Shown here piece by piece: positions 55,786-64,000 of a stretch of 64,000 nt of DNA. The notes beneath the pieces were generated by a model, which searched no databases, had not been told where the DNA came from, and saw nothing but the letters and a program-made list of their open reading frames with translations. The DNA comes from Limisphaerales bacterium (lineage in GTDB: Bacteria; Verrucomicrobiota; Verrucomicrobiia; Limisphaerales; UBA8199): assembly GCA_044223735.1 (NCBI GenBank), contig JBGALR010000038.1:2147-66146 (forward strand). The letters run 5' to 3'. The position numbers were made by a program, and so were the translations under genes. Each line of letters starts with the position of its first letter. Positions within the stretch are counted from its first letter, which is position 1.

Positions 55786-56742
55786 GTGGCCACGCACAAG
55801 TTCGCCCATGTCAGCATGCATACCGCGACTCCCATCAATGTGCCAGAATCCTATCCGGTCTTTCCGGCCAGTCGGAGGTTGACGGTTGTTGCCTGGGTCG
55901 TGACGATTTCGGTGAGCACTTTGCCGGATATCGGATTCCACCATTGGAGCAAAGTTTCTTTCGCCTCCCTCATTGCCGCCAAGGTGGGATTGCTGCTGGT
56001 TTTGGCTGCGCTGGCACTGGTGTGGAAACCGTTGCGGCCGCTGCGCAATTTTTTTGTCGTTCTGTCGATGATGTTAGCCCTGAACGAATTGCGCCCGCAG
56101 GTGAATTTTACCGCCCCCGCCATGCAGCGTGCTTTCGGAGCCAGTGCCTTCGATGCCCGCATGCAGGCGGAGCAAACGGCAAAGCTCGCGGTTTCCATAG
56201 GCATGATCGTGGTGCTGTTGGCGCTCGGTTATTCCCGGCGCGATTTTTTCCTCGTGCGCGGAAATTTGCGCGCCGTCATTGAACCAGTGCGGGTGCTGGG
56301 CTTTCCGAAGCGTGAGTCCTGGGCAAGCTTTGGCTTGCAATGGGGATGCTACATTGCAACCGGCTTGGCAGTGGTTCAATACTGGGGCACAACTCCGAGT
56401 CGCTCGGTGATGGTCCGGGTTCTGCCCCTGCTGCCGTCCGTTCTTTTTTATGCGGCCTTAAATGCCTTCAACGAGGAGATGACCTATCGCGCTCCCATGC
56501 TCGCGACGTTGGAACCGGTGGGAGGCAGCAAGCAAGCGCTGTGGATGTCGGCTTATTTCTTTGGCATCGCACATTATTTCGGCACTCCCGGAGGGTTGGG
56601 CGGCGGCATCGCCTCGATTTTTATGGGCTGGATTCTGGGCAAGGCGATGCTTGAAACGCGCGGCTTGTTTTGGTCCTGGTGGATTCATTTCCTTTCCGAT
56701 GTGGCCATCTTTTTCTTCCTTGCCGCGACATTGCTGCGATGA
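55786..56742 (+). CDS. CPBP-family (CAAX protease / Abi) intramembrane metalloprotease
   Basis: Polytopic membrane protein with motifs EEMTYR (motif 1), FGIAHYF (motif 2, FxxxH) and a later H, the Rce1/CPBP pattern. It starts 10 nt after the rSAM stop. Confidence 0.7.
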   Translation: MATHKFAHVSMHTATPINVPESYPVFPASRRLTVVAWVVTISVSTLPDIGFHHWSKVSFASLIAAKVGLLLVLAALALVWKPLRPLRNFFVVLSMMLALNELRPQVNFTAPAMQRAFGASAFDARMQAEQTAKLAVSIGMIVVLLALGYSRRDFFLVRGNLRAVIEPVRVLGFPKRESWASFGLQWGCYIATGLAVVQYWGTTPSRSVMVRVLPLLPSVLFYAALNAFNEEMTYRAPMLATLEPVGGSKQALWMSAYFFGIAHYFGTPGGLGGGIASIFMGWILGKAMLETRGLFWSWWIHFLSDVAIFFFLAATLLR

Positions 56743-57129
56743 ACCGCCGGTCTCTCTTGTATTGCGCTCAGTATTTGCGTGGCCGTTTGGGCCTGTCCTC
56801 CAAACCGAGACAGACCACAAATGGAAAGATAAACAAGGAAACCGGCATACAAAAGGCAACGAGAAACAAAAACATGAAGATACCACCGGCCGTGTCCGGG
56901 CCGTATCCCTTGGCCTTCGCCAGATTGAAACTGGCGGCCATTCTGATTTGGAAGCGATCGGATGGTCAGGCCCCGTTACCCAAGAATCCCCTTATGCGAT
57001 CTGGACGCCTTTCCGACAGTAAGACGTGATGGTTCACGATTGAAATGCCACTACGGCTGGCTACACCTTGGGAATTTCGTGAATGGAAAATCTGTATCGC
57101 TCTATTCCAGCGAATAGACCTCAGGTAGA

Positions 57130-57732
57130 TTATCGCAGAAGACTCGCTTGCTCGCGCGGCTTGCGCCACGTTCCGAAGACGTAGTCGGTAGACTTGGCAG
57201 CGCTGTGGCACTGAACACACGAGCCGATGGGCCCGCTCTCCACGTCCGACGGGTCTTCAAAATCAAAATATTCCCAATCGCCATTCGCCGGGTCGTAACC
57301 CGCCGGGCGTTTCACCATGCCGCCCACTTTTTTCTTCCGTAACTCGGAGGACCATTCGCCTTTGTCCGTGGGCGGAATGGCCATCTTCTGTTTAACAATC
57401 GCCGCGCCGACGGGGTAGGCGTCTGCCCCGGAGCGAAAGGCCCGGGCCGCCCGGGCGTTCATGTAAATCATCACTGCCGCCTTGTCCCGCGCTCCATTCC
57501 GGATTTGTGCAGCCTCCGCTTCCGCCGCGGAAATGCCGAGGCACCGAAGGGAGAGGTCGGAAGTTACCAATACGTAATCGTCGGTGAGCCTGGAGTAATT
57601 CGTATAGTTGACCGCCACCGCCTGGATGGAAGGGCCGGTATAAGTGACGGCAAAAGTGGAACGCGGCGCAGGCTTGGCACACCCCGAAATGGCGGCTGAC
57701 AGCAGGACACAGGCGAAACGAGCGATTCTCAT
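57130..57732 (-). CDS. Cytochrome P460-family-like haem lipoprotein
   Basis: Lipoprotein signal (LLSAAISGCAK). About 200 aa with a single CxxCH haem-binding motif (CVQCH) near the C-terminus, the characteristic architecture of cytochrome P460 / c'-beta proteins. Confidence 0.45.
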   Translation of the reverse strand: MRIARFACVLLSAAISGCAKPAPRSTFAVTYTGPSIQAVAVNYTNYSRLTDDYVLVTSDLSLRCLGISAAEAEAAQIRNGARDKAAVMIYMNARAARAFRSGADAYPVGAAIVKQKMAIPPTDKGEWSSELRKKKVGGMVKRPAGYDPANGDWEYFDFEDPSDVESGPIGSCVQCHSAAKSTDYVFGTWRKPREQASLLR

Positions 57733-57877
57733 TTGGGTACTGACAATGGCGCTACTCTCAAAGCTTCCGACCGTTTGCCCGTAAATGCAACTCCGACTTT
57801 TTCTATCGCGTGGAAAGGTATTCCCATTTCACTTTACTGCCACGGCAAAATACGAAGACTGCCCAAGGGATGCATCG

Positions 57878-58627
57878 ATGAAATTGCTTTGCCTGACGCC
57901 CTTTCGAAATTCGGAAAGTGATCTGCCGGGCTTTTTTCGCTCGGTGACGGCTTTTTGCGATGGAGTTGTCGCGCTGGACGATGGAAGCACGGATGAGACC
58001 GCTCGTTTGCTGGCGGCGAACCGAAATGTCTTCATGCTGCTAAAAAATCGTGTCCGCCGCACTTATGCGGGCTGGAATGATGCGGATAACCGCCAGCGGC
58101 TGCTCGAGGCGGCGGGGCAGTTTTACCCTGATTGGATTATCCAATTGGATGCCGACGAACGCATTGATCGCAATTCCGGACAAGCGTTGCGAAAATTTCT
58201 GGATACCGAGGCATGCAAAGAGTTCGCGTATGGCTTCGACCGTTGCCGGATGATCAACGATGCGCGTCACTATGACAAATCCATGGTCGTATATCGCCTT
58301 TTCGCCTATCGCCCCGGGCTGCGACTTCCCGGTCAGAAGCTTCACCTCATCCCGGTGCCTACAGCCGTTCCACAGGACAGGTGGTTTCGGCTGACGATTC
58401 GTATCAAGCATCTCGCGGGATTGACAACGGCACTGCGAAGACGGCGTTTCGAGAAATTCAAGGAAGCTGATCCAACGAATATCTGGCAGGCGAGCTATCG
58501 CAATCTCCTCGATAAGCCGGAGGCAATAAAGCGGTGGAAAAACCAGGCGGGCACCTCGGTTTTGTTTTGCCCGGAACGACATCGAAAATTGCAGCGACTG
58601 CTTCACGGTGCGGGCAAAGCGGCTTAG
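57878..58627 (+). CDS. Family 2 glycosyltransferase
   Basis: MKLLCLTPFRNSESDLPGFF...ALDDGSTDETARLL... GT-A fold N-terminus with the DxD region. The track ORF starts earlier at 57785. Confidence 0.75.
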   Translation: MKLLCLTPFRNSESDLPGFFRSVTAFCDGVVALDDGSTDETARLLAANRNVFMLLKNRVRRTYAGWNDADNRQRLLEAAGQFYPDWIIQLDADERIDRNSGQALRKFLDTEACKEFAYGFDRCRMINDARHYDKSMVVYRLFAYRPGLRLPGQKLHLIPVPTAVPQDRWFRLTIRIKHLAGLTTALRRRRFEKFKEADPTNIWQASYRNLLDKPEAIKRWKNQAGTSVLFCPERHRKLQRLLHGAGKAA

Positions 58628-58989
58628 CAAGAGGTTGACTACGACCAGTTTGCAAGGTCGGCTTTGGCTTACCTTGACAACTTACCGCGTTATGTTATTA
58701 AGAGGTTGTTAGTGTTAATGCAGCCTAAGCCTGGCTTTCCTTCCTGGAGGCCAGCGCGGGGAACCCAAATTCCTCGAACCTCGGGTTCGGGGACGGGGCG
58801 CATGGCCGCGGGTAACCGTGGCCAAGGTCACTTCCATGACCGAGCCCGTCAGCTAACCTCGCCGGCAATTGGAAGGGCGATCCTCTAGGATCCCGCTGGT
58901 GCGGGACACCCACGTTCACCCCGTCTGAAAACTCGCGTACGCTTGCGTACGCGAACTGGCCGCGGTGTGCGGCGGGATTGGAGATTGGT

Positions 58990-60804
58990 ATGAGAATGGT
59001 GTTTGAACTTGCCTGGGAACATCCAGTTATCACTGGATTTATCATATTGTTTATCTTTTCGTGGTTAACGCCGACCTTGAGTGGCGCCGTGTTGATTCGG
59101 GAGCGTCAGGTAGGGATCGTAGTGAAGAAATTCGGTGCGCGCTCACTGCCGCCGGGGCGGCTGGTCGCGTTGAACGGCGAATCCGGGTATCAAGCCGACA
59201 CCCTGCCGCCAGGGCTGCACTTCGGCTACTTCCGCTGGCAATATCGCATCATGAAAATGCCGGTGGTCACGGTGCCGCAGGGCGAGATTGCGCTCGTGCT
59301 CGCGGCGGATGGCGCCTCCATCCCGTCCGAGCGCATCCTGGGAAAGGTGGTCGATTGCGACAACTTCCAGGACGCGCGCCGCTTCCTGCTTGAAGGTGGC
59401 GAAAAGGGTCGTCAACTTGGCATTCTCACCGCCGGCACGTATCGGATCAACCTCGCGTTGTTCACCGTGATTCGCTCTGAAAACGCGGAGGACAATGGCA
59501 TGTCCTCATTCCAACTCCATTTGCAGCGCGTGGAGCCGGACAAGGTCGGCATTGTCACGACACTCGACGGCCGGCCGATTGAGGCGGGCGAAATTGCGGG
59601 CCCCACGATTCCGGCGCACGAGAATTTTCAGAACGCCCAGGCGTTTCTCGATGGCGGTGGCCGGCGCGGTTTGCAGGAGCAAATCCTGTTGTCCGGGACA
59701 TGGAACCTAAACCCGTGGTTCGTGCAGGTGGAGCAAGTCCCGATGGTTCAAATTCCGATCGGCTACATCGGCGTGGTAATCTCCTACGTGGGCAAGGCGC
59801 ACGTGGATGTCAGCGGCCTTGAGTTCAAGCACGGTGATCTGGTGAATCAAGGCCACAAAGGTGTCTGGGTGACGCCGCTGTATCCGGGCAAACATCCGTT
59901 GAACACCGCCGTCATGCGGGTCGAACTGGTGCCGACGACCAATATCGTCCTCAACTGGGCGACGCGCACGGAAGCGCATCATTTCGACGAGAAGCTGCAG
60001 TCCATCACGGTGCGCTCGAAGGACGGCTTCGCGTTCAACCTGGACGTGGCGCAGATCATCCATGTGGGCGCTTTGGATGCGCCAAAGGTCATCTCGCGCG
60101 TTGGTTCGATGCAAAACCTCGTGGACCACGTCCTGCAACCAATCGTCGGAAATTATTTCCGCAACTCCGCGCAGGATTATACGGTGCTCGATTTCCTTGG
60201 CGCGCGCAGCCAGCGCCAGGTCGAAGCCGCGGAGCATATTCGCGCCGCCATCGGCGCGTACGACGTGCAGGCGATTGACACCTTGATCGGCGATATCAAT
60301 CCGCCGGCGCAATTGATGCAGACGCAGACCGACCGCAAGATCGCGGAGGAGCAGCGCAAGACTTATGAGGTGCAGGAGGCCGCGCAGAAGCAGCGCCAGC
60401 AACTCGTGCGTGAAACGTCCATCGCGGATATCCAACACCAGGTCGTCGGCGCGGAGCAGGGCGTGAATATCGCCGAGCTACAGGCCAACGCGCAAATCAA
60501 ACAGGCGACCGGCGAAGCGGAATCGGTGCGCTTGCGCGCCCATGGCGAAGCCGAGGCGATTCGCGCCACGGGTAACGCCAAGGCCGAAGCCTATCGCGCA
60601 GGCGTGCAATCGCTTGGTGCGCAGGGTTACACCGTCATGCAACTCATGCAGATCGTCGGCGATCGCCACGTGCGCATCGTCCCAGACGTCGCCGTAAGCG
60701 GAGCGAGCGGCAGCACGGGCATCGTGGACGGCCTGCTCGGCGTGATGTTGCGCCAGCAAACGAGCGCTCACGCGGAGCCGAAAGAAGAACCTGCGAAGTC
60801 ATAG
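58990..60804 (+). CDS. SPFH/band-7 (flotillin-like) protein with long coiled-coil C-terminal region
   Basis: N-terminal TM helix, SPFH domain, then Ala/Gln/Glu-rich heptad-like region (...QEAAQKQRQQLVRETSIADIQHQVVGAEQGVNIAELQANAQIKQATGEAE...). GGAG lies 5 nt before the ATG at 58990. Confidence 0.85.
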   Translation: MRMVFELAWEHPVITGFIILFIFSWLTPTLSGAVLIRERQVGIVVKKFGARSLPPGRLVALNGESGYQADTLPPGLHFGYFRWQYRIMKMPVVTVPQGEIALVLAADGASIPSERILGKVVDCDNFQDARRFLLEGGEKGRQLGILTAGTYRINLALFTVIRSENAEDNGMSSFQLHLQRVEPDKVGIVTTLDGRPIEAGEIAGPTIPAHENFQNAQAFLDGGGRRGLQEQILLSGTWNLNPWFVQVEQVPMVQIPIGYIGVVISYVGKAHVDVSGLEFKHGDLVNQGHKGVWVTPLYPGKHPLNTAVMRVELVPTTNIVLNWATRTEAHHFDEKLQSITVRSKDGFAFNLDVAQIIHVGALDAPKVISRVGSMQNLVDHVLQPIVGNYFRNSAQDYTVLDFLGARSQRQVEAAEHIRAAIGAYDVQAIDTLIGDINPPAQLMQTQTDRKIAEEQRKTYEVQEAAQKQRQQLVRETSIADIQHQVVGAEQGVNIAELQANAQIKQATGEAESVRLRAHGEAEAIRATGNAKAEAYRAGVQSLGAQGYTVMQLMQIVGDRHVRIVPDVAVSGASGSTGIVDGLLGVMLRQQTSAHAEPKEEPAKS

Positions 60805-60843
60805 TTTAGGGGTGGGGCAAAATTGGAGTCCCGCTGACTCCGG

Positions 60844-60875
60844 CCCTCTTCCCGCAATGGGAAGAGGGCATTTTT
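60844..60875 (+). terminator. Rho-independent terminator after the flotillin gene
   Basis: ccctcttccc-gcaat-gggaagaggg perfect 10 bp stem followed by cattttt. Confidence 0.6.
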
Positions 60876-60929
60876 AAGTCTGAAAAGCGCGCTTAATTGA
60901 ACTGAGATTTACTACTGGAGTAATGTTTT

Positions 60930-61133
60930 ATGACTGCGGATGCATGTTCGAAATGCGGATCCCAGGATCGAAAACGGGGGAAACTTTGTGCCAGTAGCGG
61001 CACCCCAATTGAATTCAGGGAAGAAGAGACCTCTCCTCTGTTCATCCTAAAAAAAGATGTCGTGGTGATCGGTTGTAACGCCTGCGGCCATGTGGAAATG
61101 ATTTTGAGAGAGCGCGAGAAAAGAGCGGCCTGA
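60930..61133 (+). CDS. Possible small zinc-ribbon protein
   Basis: 67 aa ORF with CSKCGS ... CNACGH (two CxxC pairs). There is no other support. Confidence 0.25.
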   Translation: MTADACSKCGSQDRKRGKLCASSGTPIEFREEETSPLFILKKDVVVIGCNACGHVEMILREREKRAA

Positions 61134-61149
61134 TCGAGCTCGATTCAAA

Positions 61150-61803
61150 TCAGTTCGAAACAAACAGCCATTTGTCACGCAGCATTTTATTGATCGGCCA
61201 CGAAGTCGATTTGGCTGGGTCGGTTTCACTAACACCCGTGGAAAGATAGTAGTAGCCGGAGCGTCGGGCGGGAAAGCCGGATTCGGTGACGAACAAAACT
61301 TTTAAAACTCCGTTGGTGCTTTTTTCAGCGAACACGGCGTGAACCCACATCGCTTCTTTTTCCGCCTGGGGTATTTCGTCATATTTGGCCGAGACCGGTA
61401 TGGCGCCGGATTCCATTCGCTCGACGACTTTTTCGTACGTCGGAAATGTCCGCGCGAAGATCGCGTGCCGGAGGAGTTGTGTCAAATAGCCGGAGGCAAG
61501 GATCGAAGCCGCGAATACGGCCAGCGGAATAAGCGAACGCCAACGCCGAGTCGGCCACTCCACGAGGATACATAGCAGTGCGATAAACGGAGCTGCGATA
61601 AAAAGGACCACAAGTGGCAGAGCGCCGAGAATAAAAAAATTGGTGCGACGTGAAAAAAGCGCCGCGATGCCAAGACACCAAAGAACCGAGGCGACGATGG
61701 AGAGTTTGCCTTCGCCGGACATGCCGGGAACGGCAGCCGGCTTTGTGATGGCGGAAGGCTCGTCAGGTGGTTGCACCGGAGGCACGATAATTGGGCTTAT
61801 CAC
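61150..61803 (-). CDS. Hypothetical membrane protein
   Basis: Three predicted TM helices followed by a soluble domain. Co-directional with rnr. Confidence 0.4.
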   Translation of the reverse strand: MISPIIVPPVQPPDEPSAITKPAAVPGMSGEGKLSIVASVLWCLGIAALFSRRTNFFILGALPLVVLFIAAPFIALLCILVEWPTRRWRSLIPLAVFAASILASGYLTQLLRHAIFARTFPTYEKVVERMESGAIPVSAKYDEIPQAEKEAMWVHAVFAEKSTNGVLKVLFVTESGFPARRSGYYYLSTGVSETDPAKSTSWPINKMLRDKWLFVSN

Positions 61804-61875
61804 CAGCGTCCAGACGGGACTGGACGACTGTGATCTCGCCGTTCTGATGATGCCGGGCTATCAGGGCAGGAAGTC

Positions 61876-64000
61876 CTACCGCCGCCGACTTGACCGCCCC
61901 TGACCGGGCCGCGTCTTTTTGCGGAAGCCGGCTTGCAGCATGTTGCCACCGGATAATTTGCGACCCGGACCCTGCCTCTCTTGCTGGCGTCCGGGTGCGG
62001 GGCGATACGACGCCGTAAAGGTTTTCATCCCGGACGCCGGTTTGTTTTCCGGACGCGCGGTTGCGGGCGCGGGGCGGCGGCGTGAATCGAAGTTGCTTTT
62101 GCCGCGTGCGGGTTTGCCCGGCTGGCGGGAGGGAGCGGAGCGATGACGGCCTTCCTTCGAGTGCGTTGCCGCTCCGCGACGGGAGCTTGCGGTTGGATAG
62201 CGCGGTGTGCGGGCGCTCTCGGCCAGTTTGAAATCCACCTGCTTCTTGAAGGTGTCCACCTTGCCGACCTGGACTTCCATTTTATCGCCCAACTTGAAAA
62301 TACGACGGGTGCGGCGGCCGACGAGTTGGGTGCGTCCTTGGTCGAATATATAAAAGTCGTCGGTCAAACCGGACAGCGGCACCAGGCCGCTCATGCCCAG
62401 TTCGAACACGTCCACGAAGAAACCAAAGTTGCGAACGTCGGTGACCATGGCGCCGTAGCGCGGAGGATTCGCGGATTTGGTCTGGGCGATGAGAAAGGCG
62501 AACAGCTTCACGTCGCGGCTGTCGCGCTCGGCATCGGCGGAGTTGCGTTCGGTTTCGGAAATATGATCGGCGACCGCCGCGAGCGGTTGCGCGGAGACGG
62601 CCGAACCTGGTTCCTGAAACAAGGCGCGATGCACCACGAGGTCCGCGTAGCGGCGAATGGGCGAAGTGAAATGCGTGTATTTCTTTTTCGCGAGACCGTA
62701 ATGGCCGAGCGGCTCGACGGCGTAGCGGGCGCGCATCAGGGAGCGGAGAAATCCGATCTTGAGAGCCGCGCCGATGGGAATCGTATCGAGCTTGTGCAAC
62801 AGCTTTTGCACTTCGCCGCGATTCGACAGATTGCCGCACGGAATGTGATGGCTTAGCACATCTTCGCGATATTCGTTGATGCGGCGGGTGTCCGGCGATT
62901 CGTGAACACGATAGAGCGCCGGGCGATTCATCCCCATGAGGCGCGAGGCGACGGCCTCGTTCGCCAGCAGCATGTATTCCTCGATCAACTGGTGCGACCA
63001 GTCGTTTTCAATTTTTTCGATACGCAGGATTTTGCCCTGTTCATCGAGCCGGATTTTGGTTTCGGGAAAATCCAGCGCGAGCGAGCCGGCGGCGAAGCGG
63101 GCGCGGCGAATTTTTTGCGCCAGCGCGTGGGCATCGTGCAGCAGGCGTTCCGCATCATCGGTGGGGCGGCGCTGCAGGATCTCGAACACCTGCTTGTAAT
63201 GATACCGCCGCCGGGAATGGATCACGGCCGGATAAAATTGCGATTTCAAAACCCGGCCGTCCGGTCCAAGGAGGAACTCGACGCATTTGGTCAGGCGGTC
63301 AACGTTGGGTTTCAGCGAACATAACTCGTTGCTCAACGCCTCGGGCAACATGGGCACGACACGGTCCACGAGGTAGGTGGAGTTGCCGCGGCGGGCGGCT
63401 TCGTTGTCGAGTTCCGTGCCGAATTTTGACGTAATGGGAAACGTCGGCGATGTGGACCCAGACCTTCCAGTTCCCGCCGTCGCCCCGCTGAATGCAAATG
63501 GCGTCGTCGAAATCCTTCGCGTCCTCGGGATCGATGGTGAAGACCTCGTGCTCACGGCAATCCATGCGGCCCACGAGATCACTGGCCATCACCTGGTTGC
63601 CGATGACTCGGGCCTCTTCCAGCACTTCCTTGGGGAAGTGAAGGGAAAGGTTGTACTGGCGGATAACGGAAAGCATGTCGACGCCCTCGGCGTCGGGTGA
63701 GCCCAGCACTTCGATGATTTCGCCCTCGGGATTGACATGACGTGACGGCCAGTCGCGCAATTCGACGACGACCTTGTCACCGACGAGGGCTTCGCGACCA
63801 ACGGCGCGCGGCGGCGGCACGTAGATGTCATGGGAGATGCGCGGGTCGTCGGGAATAACGTAGAGAAACTGTTTGCTGCGCTGGAGCGTGCCGACGAAGT
63901 TGGTCCGACTGCGCTCCAGGATGCGCATGACGCGACCACCGGTGGTTTCGCCGCGACCGGAGGTTTCACGACGGACCATCACGGCGATCACCATGCAGCG
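61876..64000 (-). CDS. rnr: Ribonuclease R (RNB-family 3'-5' exoribonuclease), interrupted by an apparent +1 frameshift; continues beyond window end
   Basis: The downstream piece (61876-63582) has ...[28 protein letters not shown]..., an S1 domain, and a basic C-terminal tail. The upstream piece (63299-63994) has cold-shock/RNB N-terminus ...EVFTIDPEDAKDFDDAICIQR...[13 protein letters not shown]. The frames switch at the run gtcaaaattcgg (plus strand 63420-63431). Confidence 0.8.

Noticed and set aside
56876-57030. 51-codon ORF downstream of the CPBP gene, considered as a RiPP precursor
   Set aside because: It was not listed as a feature. It has no Shine-Dalgarno sequence or conserved leader/core pattern that I can verify. 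It is mentioned only as a speculative element inside the radical SAM/CPBP finding.
59707-60438. 243 aa minus-strand ORF inside the flotillin gene; 237 aa plus ORF 62143-62856 inside rnr
   Set aside because: They are antisense to well-supported genes.

Overview
This 64 kb window is high-GC bacterial chromosome. Its gene content (TPR/PMT-like membrane protein, HAF-repeat secreted protein, inositol oxygenase, many secreted hypotheticals) looks PVC/Verrucomicrobia-like, but I cannot confirm that from sequence alone.

The two flanks are ordinary, syntenic housekeeping DNA:
- typA/bipA
- an RNase E/G-family gene followed by the complete rodA-mrdA-mreD-mreC-mreB cell-shape cluster
- an SDR and a PAS histidine kinase
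- a leuB / PrpB-like / leuC / leuD block
- an MscS channel
- a sugar-binding protein with myo-inositol oxygenase
- a DmpA peptidase with a class IV aminotransferase
- an RbsAC-like ABC ATPase and permease
- three secreted proteins (S1C protease, a 671 aa hypothetical, and a beta-helix/HAF-repeat protein)
- a B12-binding radical SAM enzyme with a CPBP protease
- a cytochrome P460-like lipoprotein, a GT2, a flotillin, and RNase R, which carries an apparent frameshift

The middle of the window (about 32.5-45 kb) is an accessory region:
- An AT-rich ~1 kb non-coding stretch sits upstream of the inositol oxygenase gene.
- A family of ~210-280 bp structured repeats occurs in three copies and brackets an ~8 kb insertion.
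- The insertion carries a 5'-truncated and frameshifted rhs gene. Its C-terminal tip is cysteine-rich and contains an HExxH motif, and the next ORF overlaps it by 4 nt and encodes a lipoprotein that is a likely immunity protein.
- Downstream are low-GC orphan gene modules and a remnant of an IS4-like transposase.
- An IS200/RAYT-like Y1 transposase element with ~29 bp terminal inverted repeats is present in four copies in the window. One has a truncated tnpA, two are MITE-like internal deletions, and one is a relic. All appear non-autonomous.

I found no CRISPR array, tRNA or rRNA. All calls rest on reading the six-frame track and the raw sequence. No database search was run.
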